Below, piece by piece: positions 1 to 11,187 of a DNA stretch of 64,000 nt (position 1 is its first letter; each line of letters starts with the position of its first letter). The DNA is taken from positions 21,979 to 85,978 of the forward strand of contig JAQBVF010000013.1 in the NCBI GenBank assembly GCA_027623675.1. The letters run 5' to 3'. The DNA comes from Chloroflexota bacterium (lineage in GTDB: Bacteria; Chloroflexota; Dehalococcoidia; Lucifugimonadales; UBA3495). The position numbers and the translations under genes were made by a program. The notes beneath the pieces were generated by a model, which worked only from the letters and a program-made list of their open reading frames with translations, did not search any database and had not been told where the DNA came from.

Positions 1-1211
1 GCGGCGTGTTGATCTCCCAAACGGTGAAGCACCGCACCCGTGACTTCTTCGTGCTGTTGTTCGCCCTGGCGGCTGGGGTCTACGGCGTGTTCGCGGTGCG
101 CGACCTGTTCTTCCTGTTCTTCTTCTACGAGCTGGCCGTGCTGCCCATGTACCTGCTGATCGGCGTTTGGGGCAGCAGCACCGACTTCGGCACCTTCCTC
201 CGCACGAAAGAATACGGCGCGATGAAGCTGTTCATGTACCTGGTTGGGGGCAGCATCCTCATCTGGATCGGCATTCTGGCGGTGTACGTGGAGGCCTCGG
301 GCAACGGAGGAGCGACTTTTTCCCTGCAGAGTCTTGCCCAGATATCCGATGCGGGCGGGTTCGATAGCAATTTCCAGACCTTGGTGTTCCCGCTATTCAT
401 GGTGGGGTTCGGTGTGCTGGCCGGTCTCTGGCCCTTCCACACCTGGTCCCCCGACGGGCACGTGGCGGCGCCAACCGCGGTCAGCATGCTCCATGCCGGG
501 GTGCTGATGAAGCTGGGAGCCTACGGTATCATCCGGGTGGGCCTGTTCCTGCTGCCCGAGGGGGCCGACAACTGGATGCCCGTGCTGATCAGCTTGGGCA
601 CTGTGAACGTGCTATACGGCGCGATATCGGCCATGTCGCAGAGCGACTTGAAATACGTTATCGGCTATTCCAGCGTCAGCCACATGGGCTACGTGCTCAT
701 GGGCATCGCCACCCTGGACAACGTCGGGATGGGCGGGGCGGTGTTGCAGATGTTTTCCCACGGTGTGATGACAGCCCTGATGTTCCTTCTCGTCGGCGCC
801 ATCTACGAGCGCACCCACACCCGAGACATCTCGGTGCTGAACGGGCTTGCCAGCCGCATGCCGAAGAATACCTTCTTCTTCGTAATCGCCGGTCTGGCCT
901 CATTGGGCTTGCCCGGGCTGAGCGGGTTCGTGGCCGAATTCATGGTGTTCACCGGGGCGTTCCGTACCTATCTGCCTTTGGCTATCCTGGCAGTGGTGGG
1001 TGCGGCGCTAACCGCCGTCTATATATTGCGTTTATTGGCCCGGACCTTCCTGGGCGAGGCCGACGAACAGTGGGCCAGCTTGACCGATGCCAGCCCCGTT
1101 GAAGTGTCGGTTGGCGCGGCCTTTGTGGCGATCATTATCTTCGTGGGCGTCTGGCCCGAACCGCTGATGCGCGTCATCAACGTCGGCGTCCAGACCATAC
1201 CGGGAGTCTAG
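1..1211 (+). CDS. nuoM: NADH-quinone oxidoreductase subunit M (5'-truncated by window edge)
   Basis: Hydrophobic antiporter-like subunit with FFFYELAVLPMYLLIG, PFHTWSPDGHVAAPT, LMKLGAYG, YSSVSHMG; directly upstream of nuoN. Confidence 0.93.
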   Translation, partial: GVLISQTVKHRTRDFFVLLFALAAGVYGVFAVRDLFFLFFFYELAVLPMYLLIGVWGSSTDFGTFLRTKEYGAMKLFMYLVGGSILIWIGILAVYVEASGNGGATFSLQSLAQISDAGGFDSNFQTLVFPLFMVGFGVLAGLWPFHTWSPDGHVAAPTAVSMLHAGVLMKLGAYGIIRVGLFLLPEGADNWMPVLISLGTVNVLYGAISAMSQSDLKYVIGYSSVSHMGYVLMGIATLDNVGMGGAVLQMFSHGVMTALMFLLVGAIYERTHTRDISVLNGLASRMPKNTFFFVIAGLASLGLPGLSGFVAEFMVFTGAFRTYLPLAILAVVGAALTAVYILRLLARTFLGEADEQWASLTDASPVEVSVGAAFVAIIIFVGVWPEPLMRVINVGVQTIPGV

Positions 1212-1217
1212 CCGGTC

Positions 1218-2717
1218 TTGAATAGCCTCACCGACAATCTGGGACTACTGACACCGGAGTTCGCTCTGGCCGGTCTGGCGTTCCTGGTCTTCCTGGTGGA
1301 CCTGTTCATCCCCGAAGACCGCAAGGGATACCTGGGTTGGCTGTCCATCGCCGGGCTGCTGGTGCTGATCGCCGTATCGCTGGTCATGCTGTGGGGCGAA
1401 GAAGAAAGCCTATACGACGGCCTGCTGGCGGTGGACGACTTCGCCCTGTTCTTCAAGGTCTTGTTCATGGGGCTCGGCGTGTTCATCATCCTCAGTTCCA
1501 TGGACTTCGTGAAGAACCGGCTGCGGCACCAGGGGGAGTTCTACGGCCTGCTGCTGTTCTCCATCCTGGGCATGAACCTGATGGCCCAGTCGCGGGAATT
1601 GCTGACCGCCTACATCGCCCTTGAGCTGCTCAGTTTCAGCCTCTACGTTCTGGCGGCCTACGCCAAGTACGACGCCAAGTCCAACGAGAGCGCCCTGAAA
1701 TACATCATCGTTGGCGCGGTGTCGTCGGCCATCCTCCTGTATGGCGTGAGCATGGTCTACAGCACTCTGGGCGTGACAAAGTTCGACGATATCGCCATCG
1801 GACTGGCAACGGCCTCTGAAGTGGCCCCCGCGCTGTGGGTCGGGGTTGGCTTGATACTGGTGGGGCTGATGTTCAAGGTGTCCGCAGTGCCCTTCCACAT
1901 GTGGGCGCCGGACGTCTATGAGGGCGCGCCCTACCCGGTGACGGCCTACCTGGCGATCGGATCCAAAGCGGCGGCATTCGCCCTGGTGCTGCGCCTCGTG
2001 GCGGAGGGATTCGTCCCGGCTGCCGACCGGTGGGAACAGTGGCAATTGGTGTTGGCCGTGCTGGCTGCCGCGACCATGCTGCTGGGCAACCTGGTGGCCC
2101 TGGCGCAGAAGAACCTGAAACGTCTGATGGCCTATTCCAGCATCGGCCACGCCGGCTTCATCCTGGCCGGCATCGCCGCGCTGTCCAGCGGTTCCGACCT
2201 GGCATCCAACGGCGTCATGTTCTATCTGGTGGGCTATTCCATCACCAACCTGGTGGTCTTTGCCGCCCTGATCTCCTTCTTCAACATGACGGGCAAAGAG
2301 ATGATCTCCGACCTGGGCGGACTGGCGGACCACCAGCCGTTCCTGGCGGCGTCCCTGGCCATGGGCCTGTTCTCCCTGGCGGGACTGCCCATCTTTGCCG
2401 GGTTCACCATGAAGTTCTACCTCTTCACCGCCGTGGCCACGGAGGGGTTCCTCTGGCTGGCCGGGCTGGCCATCTTCAGCAGTCTCATCTCGCTCTACTA
2501 CTACCTGCAGGTGTTGCGCCAGATATACATCGAGCCTGCGCCGACCGTTGAAGGCGGCGGCAGCCTGCTGCAGGAATATCCTGCGCTGACCAAGTGGCCC
2601 TCTTGGTCTTTGCTGTCGGTGCTGGGCACCGGTATGGCGGCGCTGATCTGGCTGGGGGTGTACCCCAAGCCGTTGATCGATGCCATAGAAGCAGCCAGCC
2701 GCGCGGTGATGCCGTAG
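1218..2717 (+). CDS. nuoN: NADH-quinone oxidoreductase subunit N
   Basis: Motifs ALELLSFSLYVL, ESALKY, FKVSAVPFHMWAPDVYEGAP, KRLMAYSSIGHAG; TTG start. Confidence 0.93.
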   Translation: MNSLTDNLGLLTPEFALAGLAFLVFLVDLFIPEDRKGYLGWLSIAGLLVLIAVSLVMLWGEEESLYDGLLAVDDFALFFKVLFMGLGVFIILSSMDFVKNRLRHQGEFYGLLLFSILGMNLMAQSRELLTAYIALELLSFSLYVLAAYAKYDAKSNESALKYIIVGAVSSAILLYGVSMVYSTLGVTKFDDIAIGLATASEVAPALWVGVGLILVGLMFKVSAVPFHMWAPDVYEGAPYPVTAYLAIGSKAAAFALVLRLVAEGFVPAADRWEQWQLVLAVLAAATMLLGNLVALAQKNLKRLMAYSSIGHAGFILAGIAALSSGSDLASNGVMFYLVGYSITNLVVFAALISFFNMTGKEMISDLGGLADHQPFLAASLAMGLFSLAGLPIFAGFTMKFYLFTAVATEGFLWLAGLAIFSSLISLYYYLQVLRQIYIEPAPTVEGGGSLLQEYPALTKWPSWSLLSVLGTGMAALIWLGVYPKPLIDAIEAASRAVMP

Positions 2718-2764
2718 GCCGGGCCTTCAGACAAAAGCAGCCAGCCGCGCGGTGATGCCGTAGG
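2689..2764 (+). repeat. 30-bp exact direct repeat duplicating the 3' end of nuoN
   Basis: aagcagccagccgcgcggtgatgccgtagg at 2689-2718 and 2735-2764, 16-bp spacer. Confidence 0.95.
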
Positions 2765-2812
2765 GCTGGTGTCTTTTCAGGCGTAAAAAATGGGAGTGAG
2801 ACCGGCCCACTC

Positions 2813-2821
2813 TGCTATAAT
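2813..2821 (+). promoter_or_regulatory. Extended -10 promoter element (TGnTATAAT)
   Basis: tgctataat about 100 bp upstream of the ORF at 2921. Confidence 0.5.
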
Positions 2822-2871
2822 CGGTCCTCAAGATGAGACCCGGACTAAACGTAAAATGCCCTGCGGCCCCG

Positions 2872-2902
2872 CCAGATTCCCACGGTTTCCAGATTCCCAC
2901 GG
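2872..2902 (+). repeat. 14-bp direct repeat, 17-bp period
   Basis: ccagattcccacgg at 2872-2885 and 2889-2902. Confidence 0.9.
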
Positions 2903-2920
2903 CTTAAGGTAACAAGATAG

Positions 2921-3412
2921 ATGATTATTTCAGTGATTGGCAGCAGCAATCCCGCCACCCGCGAACACGTGGACCTTGCCGAGGCCGTGGGACGCGAACT
3001 GGCCCGGCGAGACATCAAAGTTGTCTGCGGAGGACTGAGCGGCATCATGGAGGCTGTCTGCCGGGGCGCCAAGGCCGAGGGCGGAACAACCATCGGAATC
3101 CTGCCGGGCCGGGCCGCCGCCGAGGCCAACAGCTACGTGGACATCCCGATCGTCACCAGCATGGGCTATTCCAGGAACGTGATCGTGGTGCACACCGGGG
3201 AAGCGGTCATCGCCGTCGGCGGGGCCTACGGCACCCTTTCCGAGATCGGCCACGCCCTGAGCGACGGGATCCCGGTGATCGGACTCAAGACTTGGCCGCT
3301 GACCACCAACGGCGATGGCATCGAAATCAACGGCGCGATCATCCAGGCGGATAGCGCGTTTGACGCCGTTGAAAAAGCGGTGGCGGCCGTGGCCTCCCGC
3401 AATCACCGCTAG
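2921..3412 (+). CDS. TIGR00725 family (LOG/SLOG Rossmann-fold) protein
   Basis: VVCGGLSGIMEAVCRGAK, TIGILPG, RNVIVV, GGAYGTLSEI motifs. Confidence 0.88.
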   Translation: MIISVIGSSNPATREHVDLAEAVGRELARRDIKVVCGGLSGIMEAVCRGAKAEGGTTIGILPGRAAAEANSYVDIPIVTSMGYSRNVIVVHTGEAVIAVGGAYGTLSEIGHALSDGIPVIGLKTWPLTTNGDGIEINGAIIQADSAFDAVEKAVAAVASRNHR

Positions 3413-4810
<1,398 letters not shown>

Positions 4811-5002
4811 CCTTCCAGCCCGCCGTTTGCCTTTCGTGATTAGCTGGGGTGGCATCGCCTGCCGATGTATGTTCAGGAAGTGCCTAGAATTAGCTTTCCA
4901 ACCGGTGCGGCAGCGGGTATCATGTACGCGTCAAAACTAGGCTATTGGGCATAACGCCGCCAGTATCGTCTGTCCGGCGCCGATCAAACTTCGGGAATAT
5001 AA

Positions 5003-6028
<1,026 letters not shown>

Positions 6029-6083
6029 GACTCCGGGCCGGCCCGTATAGAGCATGGGGCTTTCGACAGCTCCAGCCGAGCAT

Positions 6084-6129
6084 GGAAAGTCCCCCGTCCC
6101 CACGAAAATGGGCCGACGGGGGATTTTCC
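6084..6129 (+). terminator. Hairpin downstream of gap (probable terminator)
   Basis: ggaaagtcccccgtc ... gacgggggattttcc inverted repeat. Confidence 0.55.
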
Positions 6130-6168
6130 TATGTGGGGGAGTATCAGGGGGCACAAATATAATGTTTA

Positions 6169-9100
6169 ATGTTCCGCGACTCAGGCGGCGTTGCCCTATC
6201 AGACCGATCAAGGACCGGCGTGGAATTTAGCTTCCAACAATTCTTCAGCTTTGGCGGCCGCGTCTCCTGGCCGTTCTACGTGTTGCTGCTCATCTTCGTC
6301 GTGGCGATCGGTCTCAGGCTGAATGGGGTCAACTGGGACCAGGGCTACGCCTTCCACCCCGACGAACGGGATATCTACATGCGCTCCGGTTGCATGTACG
6401 ACCTGCTCACCGACGCCCCAAACGCCCAGGATTGCGGCTATGTCCGGGCTGAACCCGACGCCCAGCCGGGCCTGCCGGGCATCGGCACGCTGTTCAGCGC
6501 CGACCGCAGTCCGTTGAACCCCCACTGGTTCCCGCTGGGCAGCATCCTGATCTACGTGATGGTGTTCTTCCGCTCCGTGGCGGAGCTGTTCACCGACCTC
6601 AACTCCCTGGACATGCGCTACTTCGGAAGACCCCTGTCGGCATTGGCCGACGTGGGTTCGGTGGCCATGGTGTTCATCCTGGGGCGCAAGCTCTATGGCC
6701 AGGGCGTGGGGCTTCTGGCGGCGGGCCTCACAGCGGTGTCGGTGATCAACATCCAGAACAGCCACTTCTACCGGCCCGAGACCTTCTCAGTCTTCTTCAC
6801 CCTGGCCAGTTTCTGGGCCATGTGGCGGATGCTGGAACACAAACGTCCGATCGACTCGGCCATCTTGGGGTTGATGCTTGGACTGGCCATCGCGCCCAAG
6901 GTGAGCATCCTGCCCATTCTGGCGCCCATGTTCCTGATCTATTGGTACTGGGTGCTGGATGAGGTCGAGGGCTATTGGTCCGACATCACTCCGGAATTGG
7001 TGCAGAAGGTCTTTAGCCACGCGGCGCTGGCGGCGGTTGTCGCGGCCGGCGTGTTTTTCATCAGCGCGCCCTATGCCATCTTGGATGTGGGGGCGTTCGT
7101 GGGCGACCTGGCGGCGCAGACCCGCATGGCCCGGACCGCCGGTTTCTGGCCGTTCACCATCCAGTACATCGACACGCCGGCGTTCATCTACCAGATACAA
7201 CAATCGACCGTCTGGGGTCTGGGTATCCCGTTGGGCATCGCCGCTTGGCTGTCCATACCCGTTACGGCATTGATCGGAGCATTCAACAAGGCAACCCGCC
7301 GGGCCGACCTGTTCCTGCTGGCATGGGTCGTGCCGGGGTTCTTGTTCCTGGAGACCTTCGAAGTCCATTTCCTCCGGTACGTCTTCCCGCTGGTCCCGGT
7401 CATGATTATCATGGCGTCCCGAATGTTGCTTGGCGCCGTTTCGGCCAGCCGTCCTCTGGCGTCGCATCTAGCCTGGCGGTCGGACGACCCTGTCCGGCTG
7501 CTGCCTTGGTTCGCCATGGCGGTGACCGTCGTGGTGGTGGCGTCAACGGCCTTCTATGCCCTGGCGTTCCAGAACGTCTACGAGGAAGACCACCCAGCGG
7601 TGACGGCGTCGGAGTGGATCAACGCCAACGTGCCTCAGGGCACGGCCATCGTGAGCGACAACCATTGGGACGAGTTCATTCCCAACCTGTATTCCTACGA
7701 TGTTTGGCAATTCCCCGTTTACAACCCCGACACCGTCGAGAAGATGGACGATCTGGCGGCGAGACTGGCGACGTCCGAGTATGTCGTGTTCTACAGCAGC
7801 CGGCCCTACGCCAGCGCCGCCCGCGCTCCGGAACGCTTTCCGTCCAGCAACCAGTATTACCAGCGCCTGTTCGCCGGAGACCTGGGTTACGGCCTGGAGC
7901 GAGAGTTCAACAACTACCCGGAGTTGTGGGGCGTGTCCTTCCGCGACGACGCCATCGGCCGGGCGGGACTGGAGCAGCCGGTGCCTGCGGTACCCAGGCA
8001 GAGCTCGGCCATCAACCTAGACCTTGGCTACGCCGACGACAACGCCGTGGGTTACGACCATCCCCGGGTGCTGCTGTTCAAGAACAATCAGCGCCTGACT
8101 GAAGAAGCGATTCGGGCCCAATTCAACATCTTGCCCCAGGTGGTCAACCCCGGCGGCTTGGGGCTGACGCTTTCACCGGAGGACCTGACCGCCCAGGAAG
8201 AGGGCGGCACGTTCTCCGACATCGTGGACCGGGACGGCTGGACCAACGATGTGCCGGTATTGATATGGCTGCTGGTGGTGGAGATTATCTACCTGCTGGC
8301 CCTGCCCCTGACCATGTTCATCTTCCGGCCGTTACCCGACCGAGGGATCGTATTGGCCCGGGTACTTGGGCTGCTGTTGGTCAGCTACGCCGCCTGGTTT
8401 GCGGTGTCCATGGGGTGGATGGACTTCTCCCGGTGGGCGGTGTACCTGGGTATGCTGGTAGTGGCCGGGTCCTCGGCGGTGGTCCTGGTCTTCCGCCGGG
8501 AAGAGATCTCCGCCTACCTGAAAGAGCACTGGCGGCTGCTGCTCTTTGGCGAAGGGCTGTTCCTCATCGCCTTCTTGGGGTTCGTGCTGTTGCGGTACGT
8601 CAACCCCGACCTTTGGCATCCCTTCCGGGGCGGCGAGAAGCCGATGGAACTGGCCTACCTGACAGCGGTGGTCCGCTCCACCACGCTTCCGCCTTTCGAC
8701 CCGTGGTTCGCCGGCGGCTATCTGAATTACTACTACTGGGGATATTTCGTTGTCGCCAATATCATTCGCGTCACCGGGATCCTGCCCACAACGGCCTTCA
8801 ACCTGGCGGTGCCGCTGTTCTTCGCGCTGACGGTCACCGGCGCCTATTCACTGGTCTATAACCTGGCTGAGGGGGTGCGGCAACGCCGGGCCATCGAAAA
8901 TGTGATCACGATACCCGGTGTCGGAGACCTGCCGCCGCTGCCATTTGATGATAACCGGCTGTTATGGCGGAAGGTGATGTGGAGTCCGGTGGCCGCTGGG
9001 GTAATGGCCGGGCTATTCACCGCCGTCATCGGCAATCTGGACGGCCTGGTCCAGATGGTGCAGAACACTTGGAACAGAGTGTTCAACAGCACGGCGTTCC

Positions 9101-10689
9101 CGGCATTCGATTTCTGGCGCAGCAGCCGCATGCTGCCCAACCTAGAAAACTTCGACCCCAACATACTGGCGTTCTGGGTGCCGGAGAAGCTGGCTGAATA
9201 CCCGGAAGTGTCATTCCACATAACCGAATTTCCCTTCTTCACCTTCCTGTTCGCCGACCTGCACGCCCATATGATGGCCATTCCGCTGACGTTGCTGGTG
9301 ATCGGTCTAGGGTTGAATCTGGTGATTGGATTGAAGGACGGCGGGTGGCTGTGGACGATCCTATCGACAGGGGCGTTGGCGCTGGGTTTGGGCTCATTGT
9401 GGGTGGTCAACGCCTGGGATTTCCCGACCTATCTCCTCCTCACCGTTGGTCTGTTGGCCATCGCGGTATATTTCGCCGACGGCAATCTGTTGGAGAAGCT
9501 GGCCCTGTTGGCGGTGTTGGCCATCGGCGCGGTCGGTCTAAGCATTTTGGCATTCCTGCCGTTCCATCAGACCTACGAGACATTCAATAGCGGTTTGGAC
9601 CCGTCCATCTGGCGCACGCCGGTCAGCCGTTTCCTTGGGATACACGGGCTGTTCCTATTCGTGATTGCGTCATTCCTGCTGTACCAGGCGCGGGAAACGC
9701 TGCGCGAACTATTCCTGAGCGTCAAGGTCCGGGGCTACGTGAGCTCGGTCCCGGGATTGCCCAAGCTGCGGGCCCTTCTGGCGTTGGGATTGCTGATAGG
9801 GGTGTTCTTCGCGGCAGCGGGGTTCTGGAACATCGTCCTGCTGGCCGTTTTCTTGATGCTGGCAGGGATCGTCGCCTGGAATGTCATCGTCTCCGGAGAT
9901 GAATCACGCCCCTACGAGGTGGTCCCCCTGGCCCTGCTGGCCATGGCGCTATTCATCGGCATCGGTGTCGACCTGGTGCGGGTTGAAGGCGACATCGGCC
10001 GGATGAACAGCTTCTTCAAATATTACCTGGAGATCTGGGTGCTGCTCAGCATCGTCTCCGCCTACATGGTCTGGCATCTGGGGGAGGGCGGCTTCCTAAC
10101 GCCAAAGTTGAACCGGCGCTCAGGGGCCTGGCTGGTGGTGTTGGCCCTGCTCATCAGCGCCAGCTTGATCTACACCGCTTTGGGCGCCCGGGCCCGCGTG
10201 GCTGACCGTTTCACGGACGGCCTGTCCACGTTGGATGGCACGGCGTTCATGGCCACAGCGGTGCACCAGGAGGAGGGCAAGCCCATCGAGCTCAAGTGGG
10301 ACCTGGAGGCCATCGAATGGGTCCAGGATAATGTCAAAGGGTCGCCCGTTATTTTGGAGGCCCACCTGGCCCAGTACCGGTGGGGCGCCCGCTTCGCCAA
10401 CTACACCGGACTGCCCACGGTGCTGGGCTGGCCCTGGCACCAGACCCAGCAGCGGAACGCCTATTCCTACGCCATTAACGAACGGGCCAGGGACATCAGG
10501 GAGATGTACGAGACCACCAGCGTCGAGCGGGTCAAAGAGCTGATGCGTCAATACCGGGTGAAGTACGTAGTGGTGGGAGATCTGGAGCGGATAGCCTACC
10601 CAGGCCAGGGTCTAGACAAGTTCGATAACCTGGCCAAAAAAGTGTTCGAGAACCAGGGCGCCGCCATCTACGAGATTCAACCTAACTGA
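6169..10689 (+). CDS. Large membrane protein: PMT-like GT-C glycosyltransferase fused to Chlor_Arch_YYY/DUF2298 domain
   Basis: N-terminal FHPDE luminal motif and multi-TM block; GGEKPME...DPWFAGGYLNYYYWG, EFPFFTFLFADLHAH, FKYYLEIW, TGLPTVLGWPWHQTQQR. Alternative start GTG 6220 (aagga RBS). Confidence 0.85.
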   Translation: MFRDSGGVALSDRSRTGVEFSFQQFFSFGGRVSWPFYVLLLIFVVAIGLRLNGVNWDQGYAFHPDERDIYMRSGCMYDLLTDAPNAQDCGYVRAEPDAQPGLPGIGTLFSADRSPLNPHWFPLGSILIYVMVFFRSVAELFTDLNSLDMRYFGRPLSALADVGSVAMVFILGRKLYGQGVGLLAAGLTAVSVINIQNSHFYRPETFSVFFTLASFWAMWRMLEHKRPIDSAILGLMLGLAIAPKVSILPILAPMFLIYWYWVLDEVEGYWSDITPELVQKVFSHAALAAVVAAGVFFISAPYAILDVGAFVGDLAAQTRMARTAGFWPFTIQYIDTPAFIYQIQQSTVWGLGIPLGIAAWLSIPVTALIGAFNKATRRADLFLLAWVVPGFLFLETFEVHFLRYVFPLVPVMIIMASRMLLGAVSASRPLASHLAWRSDDPVRLLPWFAMAVTVVVVASTAFYALAFQNVYEEDHPAVTASEWINANVPQGTAIVSDNHWDEFIPNLYSYDVWQFPVYNPDTVEKMDDLAARLATSEYVVFYSSRPYASAARAPERFPSSNQYYQRLFAGDLGYGLEREFNNYPELWGVSFRDDAIGRAGLEQPVPAVPRQSSAINLDLGYADDNAVGYDHPRVLLFKNNQRLTEEAIRAQFNILPQVVNPGGLGLTLSPEDLTAQEEGGTFSDIVDRDGWTNDVPVLIWLLVVEIIYLLALPLTMFIFRPLPDRGIVLARVLGLLLVSYAAWFAVSMGWMDFSRWAVYLGMLVVAGSSAVVLVFRREEISAYLKEHWRLLLFGEGLFLIAFLGFVLLRYVNPDLWHPFRGGEKPMELAYLTAVVRSTTLPPFDPWFAGGYLNYYYWGYFVVANIIRVTGILPTTAFNLAVPLFFALTVTGAYSLVYNLAEGVRQRRAIENVITIPGVGDLPPLPFDDNRLLWRKVMWSPVAAGVMAGLFTAVIGNLDGLVQMVQNTWNRVFNSTAFPAFDFWRSSRMLPNLENFDPNILAFWVPEKLAEYPEVSFHITEFPFFTFLFADLHAHMMAIPLTLLVIGLGLNLVIGLKDGGWLWTILSTGALALGLGSLWVVNAWDFPTYLLLTVGLLAIAVYFADGNLLEKLALLAVLAIGAVGLSILAFLPFHQTYETFNSGLDPSIWRTPVSRFLGIHGLFLFVIASFLLYQARETLRELFLSVKVRGYVSSVPGLPKLRALLALGLLIGVFFAAAGFWNIVLLAVFLMLAGIVAWNVIVSGDESRPYEVVPLALLAMALFIGIGVDLVRVEGDIGRMNSFFKYYLEIWVLLSIVSAYMVWHLGEGGFLTPKLNRRSGAWLVVLALLISASLIYTALGARARVADRFTDGLSTLDGTAFMATAVHQEEGKPIELKWDLEAIEWVQDNVKGSPVILEAHLAQYRWGARFANYTGLPTVLGWPWHQTQQRNAYSYAINERARDIREMYETTSVERVKELMRQYRVKYVVVGDLERIAYPGQGLDKFDNLAKKVFENQGAAIYEIQPN

Positions 10690-10769
10690 TCGGCAGCCGG
10701 CTCTCCAGGGCTGGCAGGCGGGTTGTCAAGGAGTCTGAGAGGCGGATTTACCCGGTGATTGACCAGGGT

Positions 10770-10798
10770 TTGACATAAAGGGATTATTTGGGTAGAAT
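10770..10798 (+). promoter_or_regulatory. Near-consensus sigma70 promoter
   Basis: TTGACA (10770-10775), 17 bp, TAGAAT (10793-10798), followed by an AT-rich tract. Confidence 0.8.
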
Positions 10799-10804
10799 AT
10801 AAAA

Positions 10805-11161
10805 ATAGTTATAAAAACTTGTTAAACAAAGTATTAGATTACGTTGCAAGTTGAGCTTAAGACAGTGCCAAAAGGTTATGGCAACAAGTCATCGGGGCAT
10901 CCGCAGTCGAGAAGCGGGAGCGACGCTGACGATTCAAGAGGAGGCATCTGCTTTAACGGGTAGAAGCCATTAAATTAGACGGGTTCTCGGGCCTCGTGCC
11001 TGTGATGTCAGGACTGCCGCGGAGGGCATTCACTGGGTGGACTGACTGTACAAGGCCTGACCCAGTTGGCCCTTCTCCGATCGGTTGGGTAGCTAAGATG
11101 TGCGGTGCAGTGGTGTTTGGGAAATCTTAGCAAGGCCGTTGGAGGAGGGCCAACTCTTTTT
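10805..11161 (+). ncRNA. Candidate structured non-coding RNA (family not recognised)
   Basis: Bounded by promoter and by long hairpin 11064-11155 plus T-tract; second long stem 10981-11063; no ORF >=60 aa; next gene (pheA) is convergent. Confidence 0.5.
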
Positions 11162-11187
11162 GTGGGTCTGGCTGCCGTGGCATGGGG

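Noticed and set aside
2689..2764. CRISPR mini-array
   Set aside because: Only two copies, 16-bp spacer, the repeat is coding sequence, and there are no cas genes.
6084..6129. RNase P RNA suggested by GGAAAGTCC (also at 24174)
   Set aside because: The motif is one arm of a simple hairpin; there is no room or P4 partner for rnpB.
10805..11161. tmRNA, SRP RNA or T-box as the identity of the candidate RNA
   Set aside because: No tRNA-like ends or tag peptide, no SRP helix-8 motif, no T-box sequence, and no downstream co-directional gene. A divergent 6S cannot be excluded without Infernal.
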